This document shows positions 39,440 to 49,301 of a stretch of 64,000 nucleotides of DNA, one piece after another (position 1 is the stretch's first letter; the number at the start of each line of letters is the position of its first letter). The position numbers and the translations under genes are program-made. The notes under the pieces were generated by a model. It searched no databases. It was not told the DNA's origin and saw only the letters and a program-made list of their open reading frames with translations. Source of the stretch: Alphaproteobacteria bacterium (GTDB lineage Bacteria > Pseudomonadota > Alphaproteobacteria > Bin95); contig OZ219787.1 of NCBI GenBank assembly GCA_964291285.2, positions 864,001 to 928,000 of the forward strand. Reading direction: 5' to 3'.

Positions 39440-40297
39440 TCAATCGCCGGCGACGCGCGCGCCCTTGTCCCTCTCCTTGATCGAGGTGCGCCAGTGGACG
39501 CGGTCTTCCTCCGGCGGGTAGTCTCCGGCAGCCTTGTGGACCATGCAGCGATTGTCCCAGATGACGATATCGCCGACCCGCCAGCGGTGGTCGTAGCGCG
39601 CATCCGCCACCACCATGCGCTCTTCCAGCTCGTCGATCAGCGCATCGCTCTCCGCCGGCGCCAGGCCTTCGACACAGACGATCTTTCCGGGGTCGAAATA
39701 GAGCGATTTCCGCCCCGTTTCCGGGTGCGTGCGGACCAGCGGGTGGAAGACCGGGGCGTGGCCGCGGTCCTCCGGGTTCAGCAGGGCGTCCGAGCCGCGC
39801 TTGCCGCCGCCATAGGTGAACGCGCCCCGCCGGCCCTCGATCTTCGACTTCAGCCGTTCGGGCAGGGCGTCCCAGGCGCGGTACATGGAGGAGAAATGCG
39901 TGTCGCCGCCCCGGCTCGGCACGGCGAGCGCATAGAGCTGCGTCGCCTTGAAGGGTTCTTCGTCATAAGCCCCGTCGGTGTGCCAGGAGGCCGCGCCGCG
40001 CCGGTAGATTTCCTCGTTCAGCCGGCCGTCGGCGTCGAACTTGCCGACCCCGAGCACGGTGACCTCGGGATGGTCCGGATGGCGTGTCGAACGGGACGGA
40101 TGCGGCACGACATGCCCGAACCGGCGGCTATACGCGACGAAGTCCCCGATATCGAGCGCCTGGTCGCGCACGACGGCGACGCCGTAACCGAGCCAGGCAT
40201 CGTAGATCGACCGGAAGCCCGCTTCGTCCAGCCGCCGGACATCGACGCCGGTGATCTCCACGCCGGTATGCTCGGAGAGCGGCCTGATTTCGGTCAT
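39440..40297 (-). CDS. TauD/TfdA dioxygenase
   Basis: WHTD, HPLVRTHPETG, WDNRCMVHKA. Confidence 0.92.
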   Translation of the reverse strand: MTEIRPLSEHTGVEITGVDVRRLDEAGFRSIYDAWLGYGVAVVRDQALDIGDFVAYSRRFGHVVPHPSRSTRHPDHPEVTVLGVGKFDADGRLNEEIYRRGAASWHTDGAYDEEPFKATQLYALAVPSRGGDTHFSSMYRAWDALPERLKSKIEGRRGAFTYGGGKRGSDALLNPEDRGHAPVFHPLVRTHPETGRKSLYFDPGKIVCVEGLAPAESDALIDELEERMVVADARYDHRWRVGDIVIWDNRCMVHKAAGDYPPEEDRVHWRTSIKERDKGARVAGD

Positions 40298-40327
40298 GGG
40301 GCGTGCCTCCCGTTCGGACCGGCCGGT

Positions 40328-41326
40328 TCAGGGCAGGGTGTCGAGATAGAGCCCGAGATCGACCTCGTTCACCAGCGCCTCGCCGGCAGCATAGCGCGGA
40401 AGATTGGCGATGAAGAGGTCGTCGGCGCGCCCGCGCGTGCCGTTGCCGGCGAAGGAGCAGTGGCCGGTGAGCCGGACCGAGGGATGCGCCCAGTAAGGGC
40501 TGCTGCGCGGCAGCGGCTCCGGCTCGAACACGTCCAGCACGGCGGTCCCGACCCGGCCGCTGTCGAGCGCCGCCAGCAGCGCGGCGTCGTCCACCACGCC
40601 GCCGCGCGCAACGTTCACCAGCACGGCCCCTCGCTTCATGGCCGCGAGGAACCCGGCATCGACGAGCCGGTCGGTCTCCGAGGAATGCGGACAGCAGAGC
40701 GCCACCACATCGGCATCCCCGAGGCGGTCCCGGAGTTCGCTCATGGCGCAGACCTCGTCGGCATGGGGCGCCGGCGCCCCGCTGCGGCGCACGCCGACCA
40801 CGCGGGCGCCGAACGCGCCGGCGCGCCTGCCGATCTCGCGCCCGATATTGCCGTAGCCGACGATGAGCCAGACCGTGCCGCCGACCTCGCGGAAGGGAAG
40901 CTGCTTCCATTCGCCGGCCGCCTGCGCCGCGCGCCGTTCCGCCAGGCCCTGGAAGATGTCCAGCACATGGGCGAGCACATATTCGGAAATGGCCGCCGCC
41001 TGGGCGCTGGATGCTCCGATGCGGATGCCCTTCGCCGCAATGGCGCGGTAGCCCGGATGGTCGAGGCCGGCGTTGAATGTCTGCACCCATTCGACCGTGC
41101 GCGACGCGGCGATGGCCTCGAGACAGTCGGCGAAGGCCCCGCCAATCATGTCGGAGGTCAGCCATACCGCCCTGGCCGGCGCCTCGGCCAGCGGCACCGG
41201 CCTTCCTTCGGCCATGCAGCGCCCGTCGTCCAACAGCGGCAGGATCCGCAAGGGCAGGTCGAGCGCGGCGATCCGGTCCGCAACGCGGTCCCGGGCGGCG
41301 GGGTGCATGGCGACACTCAGGGTCAT
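40328..41326 (-). CDS. D-2-hydroxyacid dehydrogenase family
   Basis: GYGNIG, VNVARG, LDVFEPEPL, TGH. Confidence 0.9.
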   Translation of the reverse strand: MTLSVAMHPAARDRVADRIAALDLPLRILPLLDDGRCMAEGRPVPLAEAPARAVWLTSDMIGGAFADCLEAIAASRTVEWVQTFNAGLDHPGYRAIAAKGIRIGASSAQAAAISEYVLAHVLDIFQGLAERRAAQAAGEWKQLPFREVGGTVWLIVGYGNIGREIGRRAGAFGARVVGVRRSGAPAPHADEVCAMSELRDRLGDADVVALCCPHSSETDRLVDAGFLAAMKRGAVLVNVARGGVVDDAALLAALDSGRVGTAVLDVFEPEPLPRSSPYWAHPSVRLTGHCSFAGNGTRGRADDLFIANLPRYAAGEALVNEVDLGLYLDTLP

Positions 41327-41335
41327 CGCGTCGGC

Positions 41336-41737
41336 CTAGCCGGAATAGTCGGCATCGCTGACCTTATTGAACCACTCGGTCCCGCCGCCGTCGTCGCCGG
41401 TCTCGGACATGGCGAGATGCGTGAAGATGCTGTCGGGCGCGGCGCCGTGCCAGTGGCGTGCGTCAGGCGGGATGACGGCGGTATCGCCGGGCCTCAACTC
41501 CTCGACCGGCCCGCCTTCGATCTGCACGCGCCCGATCCCGGAGACGGCCCAGAGCGTCTGGCCGACCGGATGACGATGCCACGCCGTCCGCGCACCGGGA
41601 TTGAAGGTTACGTTCGTTGCCCGCATCCGCGAGGGAGCGGCGCCCACAAGCACTTCGTCCTGGTAGACATCGCCTGTGAACCGGTCGGCGGGCGCCTTCT
41701 TCGTCGCCCGGTCGCCGACCCTGTAAATCGTCAACAT
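41336..41737 (-). CDS. Cupin domain protein
   Basis: FTGDV, PGARTAWHRHPVGQ, HWHGA. Confidence 0.9.
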   Translation of the reverse strand: MLTIYRVGDRATKKAPADRFTGDVYQDEVLVGAAPSRMRATNVTFNPGARTAWHRHPVGQTLWAVSGIGRVQIEGGPVEELRPGDTAVIPPDARHWHGAAPDSIFTHLAMSETGDDGGGTEWFNKVSDADYSG

Positions 41738-42450
41738 TGGCGTTCCTTCCACGGCAGTCCTTTATGCCGGGCCGGAGAGTAACAGCGAGCCCGATCGGCT
41801 GTCGAGTTGAAGGGCGGCATGCCACATGGCGACATCTCCCGGTCGAATATCCGACCCGCAACCGGCGGCGGTTGCAGGGGCGCCGCGGGAAGCCGCCATA
41901 TTCGGGAAACGACGAGTCCCCATATGCTTTGCAGGGGAAGAGAATTCGGCCCAGGCGAGGTTGTTGACAGTTTGACATATGGCAGAAAAAAGACCCAAGG
42001 CCGGTTTCATCAACGGCGCGTTGCAATATGACCAGCTGTGCTTCCGATTTCGTGTTGACGGATATCTTTCGGCACATTGCGCTTTTCCCGCCACAGGAGA
42101 CAGGAGGACCGGGCGCCTCTTCCATCCGGCCTCGACCGGAGGCTGTTTATGTGTCATCCGCCCGCCCCGCATCATTCTCAAGAGGCGAATGGAGTGTCTC
42201 AAAAGCGGCCCGGCTACGGGGCCGCAGACAAAGTCGAGTTGAACCTCGACACGGCAAACGCCGGACGAATTACCTGACGGGCGTCGATGCGGCAATCATC
42301 GCCTGAGCGGTGCATAAATTGTGCGGGGGGCCGGACAATGGCCGGTAACGGCGAACGGTCAAGCCATTAGTGACCAAGGCGATGAAACCAACATCCTGCG
42401 TTCGGTACAAGCGCGCGCAGGGAAATGACGAACCCGCCTGCCGGAGACGG

Positions 42451-42714
42451 TCAGTCGTCGCGGGCTTCGACGATCACCCGCTTGCGCCCGCGCCGGACAA
42501 GATATCCGCCGCGCCGAATCGTAAGCTTGCCCTCTTGAATCAAGGCCCATAACGCATCGGCGATGACTTCGGCATTCTGATCCGTATCCGGCGCGTCCAC
42601 GGCCTGGCCGAGCCATTTGGCAAAAGCCTCGTCGGCTATGGAAGGGCCGAGCGACTTGCGAAGCGCATTGAGCTTGCGAAGTTGGCCCTTTGTCAGGGCA
42701 GTTTCATCAATCAT
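42451..42714 (-). CDS. Small hypothetical protein (87 aa)
   Basis: RBS GGAGG; MIDETALTKGQLRKLNALRKSLG...RRGRKRVIVE; AT-rich upstream region. Confidence 0.65.
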   Translation of the reverse strand: MIDETALTKGQLRKLNALRKSLGPSIADEAFAKWLGQAVDAPDTDQNAEVIADALWALIQEGKLTIRRGGYLVRRGRKRVIVEARDD

Positions 42715-42805
42715 GTCGAGGCCTCCGTCAATCCATGTCCAGCGGACACGACAACAATATAGCAAATGCCAGCCAAAAATGTAACGCCTTATATAATTTC
42801 GTGTC

Positions 42806-44701
42806 TCAGGCTAAATTGTCGCGCCGGTCTCCTCCGTCGTCAAGTAATGCGACTTCCGGAACGCCCGGCGCTTCAAAACCGAGTATCCGCGCGAAGAAGG
42901 AAAGTTCGGCTTCCAGGGCGGCCACGATATTCTCGGCCCTTCTGAATCCGTGACCTTCACCTTCGAACAACAGCAGTGCGGCGGGAATTCTCCTGGCCCG
43001 GAGGGCGGCCGCCATGGCTTCGGTCTGACCGGGCGGCACGACCTTGTCCTCCGTGCCTTGCAGGAAGATGACGGGGCAGGAAATACCGTCGGCATGAAGC
43101 AACGGAGAGCGGGCATCGTAAATTGCCTCCGCCTCCGGTAGCGGGCCGATCAACCGGTCGAGATAACGACTCTCGAATTTGTGCGTATCCCGCGCAAGAG
43201 CCTTGAGGTCCCCGATGCCGTAAAGGCTCGCTCCGGCCCTGAAAACATCGCGGAACGCCAGCGCGGCAAGCGTCGTATATCCGCCGGCGCTGCCGCCCCG
43301 CACCACAAGCCGGTTCGCGTCCGCTTGTCCGGTATCGGCCAGCCATGCTGCCGCCGCGCAGCAATCGTCCACGTCGACCACGCCCCACTGACCGTCCAGC
43401 TGTTGGCGGAACGCGCGTCCGTAACCGGTACTGCCGCCATAATTGACGTCCACGACGGCAAAGCCGCGTGTCGTCCAATACTGGATGGCGGGCGAATAGC
43501 CGTTGTCCGAGGCGCCGGTCGGGCCGCCATGCGACCGCACGACCAGTGGCGGGCGCTCCCCCTCGGGTGCGGCGAAACCGGGATTCTTCGGCGCATAAAA
43601 CCACGCATGCGCGGTCCTTCCGCCACTTGTCGGAAAGGAGACCGCCTCGCCGCGCGAGACGAAATCCGGGTCGGGATCGTCCGGGGCGGAACGGGCCAGG
43701 GTTTCGCGTCTTCCGTCCTCGCGCAGCAGGTCGAGCCGGGCCGGCCGGTCGGTGTCGACGCCCAGCACCGCCCAGCCGCCATCGAAGGGCACGGGGCAGG
43801 ACGGCCGCGAGAATCCGGTTTCGAACGCGCCGCCCCGGAGCCGTTCGACGAAGACGCTGCCGTCCGACTCGTATCGGACGACCACGTCGCCGTCGCCGAG
43901 GCAGCGGTAGCTTTGAGCGCCGAGGCCCCAGAGCGGCCCGGCGAACTCCGCCGCCATGGGCTTCAATGCCTTGCCGGCCGCGCCGTCATGGACGTACAGG
44001 TTCCACCAGCCCGAGCGGTCCGAAATGTAATGCAGCCGCCCGTCCGCCGACCATGACGGCTGCAACACCGATTCGCCCGGCCCGCCCGCGACGGGCTTGC
44101 CGTCGAGCAGCAATTCGGTTGCATCCCACGGCATATCCGGATGGTCCCAGGCGATGCAGGCGAGGCGCCCGTCAGGGCCCGGCCTGGGCGCGGCGTAGGA
44201 GTCCCGCCCCGTGCAAACGGGTTCGCCATCGCCGATTCGGGCGGGGTCCAGGAGAACCACGCTGTTGACCGGTTCGCCGGCCCCGCGATGGTCCTCACGC
44301 ACAGCATAGATGCCGTCGGGGGCGAACGCGAAATCGGCGTAGCGCAAGGGCGCATCGGGTGTTATCTGCCTCGGTTCGCCATCGTCCCCGGCAAGCCAGA
44401 CGGTCCCGTCCGGGAAATGCGAAAAGACGATCAGGCCGTCAAGCGCGGCGTAAGCGCCGCCGCCATATTCATGCACCCGCGACCGCACATCGAACTGCGA
44501 GGGCAGGACTTCCCGGATTTCCCCGTTCCTGTAGCGCATGAGCACGCTGCGGCCCCGCTCGCGCGGCCGGCCTTCCAGCCAGTAGAGGCTTTCGCCGTCC
44601 GCGCGGACGAATGACAGACCGACTCCCGCTTCCGCAATCCTCTGCGCCGAGAGGTTCGAGACCCAGCTTCCATAGGGCCTGACGATAGGCTTGTCGGTCA
44701 T
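42806..44701 (-). CDS. S9 family prolyl oligopeptidase
   Basis: PYGSW, HGGPT, GGSAGG, QG.EDKVV, EGHGF. Confidence 0.93.
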   Translation of the reverse strand: MTDKPIVRPYGSWVSNLSAQRIAEAGVGLSFVRADGESLYWLEGRPRERGRSVLMRYRNGEIREVLPSQFDVRSRVHEYGGGAYAALDGLIVFSHFPDGTVWLAGDDGEPRQITPDAPLRYADFAFAPDGIYAVREDHRGAGEPVNSVVLLDPARIGDGEPVCTGRDSYAAPRPGPDGRLACIAWDHPDMPWDATELLLDGKPVAGGPGESVLQPSWSADGRLHYISDRSGWWNLYVHDGAAGKALKPMAAEFAGPLWGLGAQSYRCLGDGDVVVRYESDGSVFVERLRGGAFETGFSRPSCPVPFDGGWAVLGVDTDRPARLDLLREDGRRETLARSAPDDPDPDFVSRGEAVSFPTSGGRTAHAWFYAPKNPGFAAPEGERPPLVVRSHGGPTGASDNGYSPAIQYWTTRGFAVVDVNYGGSTGYGRAFRQQLDGQWGVVDVDDCCAAAAWLADTGQADANRLVVRGGSAGGYTTLAALAFRDVFRAGASLYGIGDLKALARDTHKFESRYLDRLIGPLPEAEAIYDARSPLLHADGISCPVIFLQGTEDKVVPPGQTEAMAAALRARRIPAALLLFEGEGHGFRRAENIVAALEAELSFFARILGFEAPGVPEVALLDDGGDRRDNLA

Positions 44702-44771
44702 GGCGGGGCGTTCCTCGTCGCGGAGCCTGCGCCATTGTCAACCGGCGCCGGCCAAGCTTCAATCGGCCGCG

Positions 44772-45245
44772 ATGGAGAGGGAAGCTCGCGAGACGGACGC
44801 CGGCGCGCTCTGGGATTTCGCCGTCCGGCTGTATGCCGAGCCCGGTGTCAGCGACGCCTGCCTCGCCCTGCAGGACAGGTTCGGTGTCGATGTGCCGCTG
44901 CTGCTCTGGGCCGCGTGGCTCGGCGACGGTGCGGATGCGGCGGCGCTCCGGGCCGGCGACCGGGCCGTCGGCCCCTGGCGGGCGCGGGCCGTGCGGCCAT
45001 TGCGGGCATTGCGGCGCCATCTCCGCCATACAGTGGCCGGGCTGGATGAGGATGCGCAGGAAGGCTGGCGCAGCTCCGTAAAGCGGCTGGAGATCGACGC
45101 GGAACGGATGGCGTTCGGTGTTCTGGCCAAAATCGGCCGGCGGCGTGGACACGCGAACCTCGTTCCCTTTGCCGCGGTGTTCGGTCTGGAACGCGGCTCC
45201 CCCGAGCTGGAACTGATAGAGGCGGCGGCGCGCCGGCTTGCATGA
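44772..45245 (+). CDS. TIGR02444/DUF2390 family protein
   Basis: LWDFAVRLYAEPGVSDACLALQD..GVDVPLLLW, VRPLRALRR. Confidence 0.8.
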   Translation: MEREARETDAGALWDFAVRLYAEPGVSDACLALQDRFGVDVPLLLWAAWLGDGADAAALRAGDRAVGPWRARAVRPLRALRRHLRHTVAGLDEDAQEGWRSSVKRLEIDAERMAFGVLAKIGRRRGHANLVPFAAVFGLERGSPELELIEAAARRLA

Positions 45246-45266
45246 GCCCGCACGGCCGGCTTCCGG

Positions 45267-46052
45267 TCAGAGTTCCCAGGCCGGCGGGCGTTTTTCCAGG
45301 AAAGAGGCGGCGCCCTCGCGGCCTTCGTCGCTGGCCCAGCTTTCGGCGAAGGCGTAGAGGCCGTCGATACCCAGCGCATCGGGGCCGCTGCGGTCGTAGA
45401 GGTCGAGCGCGCGCTTGACGGCCGCGGCCGCGCCGGGCGCTGCGCCGAGGCAGCCGGCGACGGCTGCATCCAGTGCCCCGTCAAGGTCCTCGTCAGGCAC
45501 GGCGCGGTCGATGAGGCCGATGCGCTGGGCCTCGGCCGCGTCGAAGGCCTCCCCGGTGAACAGGTAACGCTTGTAGGCTGCCGTGCCGATGCGCGTCAGC
45601 AGCGCCTTGAGCGCGGCGGTCGGCACCACGCCCCGGCGAAGCTCCGTGAACGCGAAGCGCGCCCCGGCCCCGGCGATCGCAACATCGCTCGCCGCAATCA
45701 GGGTTATGCCGCCGCCAAATGCGCCGCCCTGCACCCGCGCGACAACCGGGCAGGGCAGGCAGGCGATCCGGTGGCTCAGCATCGAGCCGCGCAGCGCCGC
45801 CTGAAGCCGTTGTTCGGCAGGCGCGCTTCCCATGTGCCGGAACATGTTAATGTCGCCGCCTGCAGTGAAATGACGGCCTTCCGCGGCAAGAACCAGCAGG
45901 CGCAGATCCGCTCTGCCGTGCAGCGCATCGAGCGCGAGATGGATTTCCCGCATCGTCTCTGCGGTAAGCGCATTAAACCGGTCGGGACGCGCGAAAGTGA
46001 GTGTTGCAACGCCCCGCGCGTCTTCTTCCAGGCGTATAGTTTTCCATTCCAT
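45267..46052 (-). CDS. Enoyl-CoA hydratase/isomerase family
   Basis: FTAGGD, GGAFGGG, EGREGAASFLEKRPP. Confidence 0.9.
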   Translation of the reverse strand: MEWKTIRLEEDARGVATLTFARPDRFNALTAETMREIHLALDALHGRADLRLLVLAAEGRHFTAGGDINMFRHMGSAPAEQRLQAALRGSMLSHRIACLPCPVVARVQGGAFGGGITLIAASDVAIAGAGARFAFTELRRGVVPTAALKALLTRIGTAAYKRYLFTGEAFDAAEAQRIGLIDRAVPDEDLDGALDAAVAGCLGAAPGAAAAVKRALDLYDRSGPDALGIDGLYAFAESWASDEGREGAASFLEKRPPAWEL

Positions 46053-46222
46053 GTCTGCTGCCTCCCGCGGCCTCCGTCATCGGTTCCTTCGGGCGCTTCT
46101 TTCGGCACTCGGAGGCTGACGGTTGCGAATCGTCGGTTCTGCGTGAAATCATGGCGACAGGCTGGGAAATTGGCTATGGTGCCGGTCCCAGGCTAATCTG
46201 GACCGACAGGCAGGGACGATTC

Positions 46223-46558
46223 ATGGACATCGGAGAGAGCAAGGAAGACGCCGTTTTTGTGCTCGAGCCCAAGGGCCGGCTCGACAGCGCGAATGCGCGC
46301 AGCTTCGAAGAGCGGGTGTTGGCTGCATTGGAGAAGGGCGAGAACGCCCTGCTCATCGATTTCGACAAGCTGGACTACATCAGTTCGGCCGGCCTGCGCG
46401 TGCTGCTGATGGGGGCGAAGCGGCTCCAGCAGTCCGGCGGCACGATTGCGCTCTGCGCGCTCAGCCCGAGCATCCATGAGGTCTTCGAGATCAGCGGTTT
46501 CCTCACTATCTTCACGGTGCATAGCGACAGGGCTGCGGCTCTGGCCGCTATGGGCTGA
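46223..46558 (+). CDS. STAS domain anti-anti-sigma factor
   Basis: GRLDS, LDYISSAGLRVLL, EVFEISGF. Confidence 0.9.
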   Translation: MDIGESKEDAVFVLEPKGRLDSANARSFEERVLAALEKGENALLIDFDKLDYISSAGLRVLLMGAKRLQQSGGTIALCALSPSIHEVFEISGFLTIFTVHSDRAAALAAMG

Positions 46559-46563
46559 GTGCA

Positions 46564-47214
46564 ATGCTTCGTTTTGCCGAAGAAATCATGTTGCTGCTGC
46601 TAGACGATCAGGACGGCAGCTTTCTGCCGATTCCGGAATGGTCGATGCAGTGCGCCCTGGCCGGGGCGGTATTGATGGACTTGGCCCTGGATGACCGGAT
46701 CGACACCGATCTCGAATCTCTGATCCTTGTGGACGGGAAGTCTACAGGCGACCCGCTGCTCGATCCGACGCTGGAGCGCATCGTTGCTTCCGGGGAGGTG
46801 CATGGCGCCCGCTACTGGGTCGAGAACACGGCCTCCTATGCCGACGAAATCCGCGAGGCCGCGCTCGCCCGGCTCGTGGAGAACGGCGTCCTGAACCGGG
46901 AGGAGGACCGGTTCCTTTGGGTTTTCCGGTCGCGGCGTTACCCGACGGTGGACGGACGGGCGGAGCGGGAAGTCAAGCTCCGGATCATGGGCGTGCTGCT
47001 GTCGGACGAAATTCCCGACCCGCGCGATATCGTCATCATTTGCCTGTGCGACGCCTGCGGCATTTTCAATGAATTGCTGTCGCCGCGCGAATTGGAGCGC
47101 GCCCGCGGCCGTATCGACCAGGTGCGCAAGATGGACCTCATTGGCCAGGCGGTCGCGAAGTCGGTCTGGGAAATCCAGGCATCGCTGGCCATGGCGGCGC
47201 ATCCGGTCTACTAG
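46564..47214 (+). CDS. GPP34/GOLPH3-Vps74 family protein
   Basis: AEEIMLLLLDD..G, LAGAVLMDLAL..RI, TGDPLLD, LWVF.SRRYP. Confidence 0.8.
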   Translation: MLRFAEEIMLLLLDDQDGSFLPIPEWSMQCALAGAVLMDLALDDRIDTDLESLILVDGKSTGDPLLDPTLERIVASGEVHGARYWVENTASYADEIREAALARLVENGVLNREEDRFLWVFRSRRYPTVDGRAEREVKLRIMGVLLSDEIPDPRDIVIICLCDACGIFNELLSPRELERARGRIDQVRKMDLIGQAVAKSVWEIQASLAMAAHPVY

Positions 47215-47416
47215 ACGGCATGGCCCCGGCGGGCCTTTCGGTTGTTGCCTGAGACGAAGGGTCGCGCCCGCCCCGCAGCGAAGAACGGGAAGGTCCGGTG
47301 AACGGTCTCCGGACGCTTCCGGGGCCGCAGAACGGGAGGACCTGACGGCGGCGGGCCGCCCCTGCCGCTGTCGAAACGGTGTTAGGCTGGGCAATCGTCT
47401 TCCAGGGAGCCCGGCG

Positions 47417-49060
47417 ATGACGCGCAATCTCGATCCGATCACCGTCTCCGTGGTCAGCCACCGCCTGACCGCCATCGTCGAGGAGATGGGCGAGGCGATG
47501 CTGCGCACCGCCTATTCGCAGATCCTCAACTCCTCGCGCGACTTCTCGGCCGCGATCTGCGACCGCGACTGCCGCCTCGTCGCGCAGGCCGAGCACATTC
47601 CCGTGCATGTCGGCGCGATGCCCTGGGCGGCCAAGGCGGTGTCCGCCCGCTTCGGCGAGGATGTGCATGAGGGCGACCTGTTCGTCGTCAACGACCCCTA
47701 TGCCGGCGGCGGCAGCCACCTGCCGGACGTGACCGTGTTCGCGCCCGTGTTCATCGCCGGGCGGCTTGCCTTCTGGACCATCAACCGCGCCCACCACAGC
47801 GACATCGGCGGCGCGACGCACGGGGCCTACAACCCCTCCGCCACCGAGATATTCCACGAGGGGCTGCGAATCCCGCCGCTCCGGCTCTGGGAGCGCGGCC
47901 GCCCGCGCGAGGACCTGCTGGAGATGCTGGCGCTGAACGTGCGCCACCCGCGCGACTTCAAGGGCGACCTTGCCGCGCAGATCGGCTCCGTGCGGCTCGG
48001 CGAAGCCCGGCTCCAGGCGCTGGTCGATACCTTCGACGCACAGACGGTGACGGCCGCCTGCGAGGCGGTGCTGGACGGCGCCGAGCGCCGGTCGCGCGCC
48101 GAGGTCGCGACCTGGAAGGAGGGCGTGTTCCACGGCGAGGCGTTCCTCGACGACGACGGCCACGGCCGGCACGACATCGCCATCCGCGCCACCGCCACGG
48201 TCCGGGACGGCGAGGTGGCGGTGGACCTGAGCGCGTCCGACCCGCAGAGCACCGCCTTCGTGAACTCCAGCCACGCCAATACGGTCTCGGCGGTCACCCA
48301 GTCCTTCGCCTACCTGATCGACCCGGAGATCCCGAAGAACGAGGGCGCGTTCCGCCCGCTCTCGGTCAAGCTCAGGGAAGGCACGATCGTGTGGGCCGAA
48401 GACGGCCTTCCGGTCACCATGTGCACCTCGCATTGCGGCAACGAGATCATCGAGGCCACGGTCACCGCGCTCGCGCAGTCCTGCCCGGCGCGCACCATGG
48501 CCGGGTGGGGCCGGCGGCTGCGCATCGCCATCAAGGGCCGGGACCCGCGCAACGGGCGCGGCTTCATCTGGCACATGTTCTACGCCCGGCCCGGCGGCGG
48601 CGGTTCGCCGGGCGGCGACGGCTGGCACTCGGTCGGCGAGTGGCATTCCGCCGGCGGGCTCAAGTTCGGCAGCGTCGAGGTGGCGGAGGTCCGCTTCCCG
48701 CTGCATATCGCCCGCCACGAGTTCCGTCCGGGCTCGGGCGGGGCCGGGGAATACCGGGGCGGCTGCGGGGCGGAGCTGGAGCTGCGCGTCGAGACGGAGG
48801 AGCCGGCCGTCGCCAACACGGCGGGCGACGGCGTGCGCTACGGCGCGCGCGGCATTCTCGGCGGCGAGGACGGGCTGCCGCACCGCTATATCCACCACGG
48901 CTCCGGCGGCGGGCGTGTGCTCCCCAGCAAGCTGGTCGGCATCGAAGTGGCCCCGGGCGACGTGTTCGAGGTGCTGTCGGGAGGCGGCGGCGGCTGGGGC
49001 GACCCGGCGCGCCGCCCGGAAGCCCTGGCGGAGGCCGACCGGCTCGACGGCGTGGCCTGA
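47417..49060 (+). CDS. Hydantoinase B/oxoprolinase family
   Basis: LDPITVSV, EEMG..MLRTAYS, NDPY.GGSHLPD, SGGAGEYRGG, GGGGWGDP. Confidence 0.92.
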   Translation: MTRNLDPITVSVVSHRLTAIVEEMGEAMLRTAYSQILNSSRDFSAAICDRDCRLVAQAEHIPVHVGAMPWAAKAVSARFGEDVHEGDLFVVNDPYAGGGSHLPDVTVFAPVFIAGRLAFWTINRAHHSDIGGATHGAYNPSATEIFHEGLRIPPLRLWERGRPREDLLEMLALNVRHPRDFKGDLAAQIGSVRLGEARLQALVDTFDAQTVTAACEAVLDGAERRSRAEVATWKEGVFHGEAFLDDDGHGRHDIAIRATATVRDGEVAVDLSASDPQSTAFVNSSHANTVSAVTQSFAYLIDPEIPKNEGAFRPLSVKLREGTIVWAEDGLPVTMCTSHCGNEIIEATVTALAQSCPARTMAGWGRRLRIAIKGRDPRNGRGFIWHMFYARPGGGGSPGGDGWHSVGEWHSAGGLKFGSVEVAEVRFPLHIARHEFRPGSGGAGEYRGGCGAELELRVETEEPAVANTAGDGVRYGARGILGGEDGLPHRYIHHGSGGGRVLPSKLVGIEVAPGDVFEVLSGGGGGWGDPARRPEALAEADRLDGVA

Positions 49061-49120
49061 GCGGGGGTCCACGGCCTGCCCCCGGCGCCCCCGCCGATAC
49101 GCGGAGGCGTGTCCCTAAAC

Positions 49121-49250
49121 CGTCACCCCGGACTTGATCCGGGGCCCATCTCCGGCTCTCTCGGCGGACGCAGGCGGTTCGATCTTGTTCCGAACGGCCG
49201 CGGCAGGCACAGACAGTCAGGGATGGCCCCGGATCAAGTCCGGGGTGACG
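49121..49250. repeat. Palindromic REP/MITE-like element
   Basis: CGTCACCCCGGACTTGATCCGGGGCC...GGCCCCGGATCAAGTCCGGGGTGACG inverted repeat between convergent genes. Confidence 0.8.
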
Positions 49251-49301
49251 CTGTTTGTCTGTTCGTCCGTCCTCGTCCCGTCCGCCACCGGACCGCCGCC
49301 C

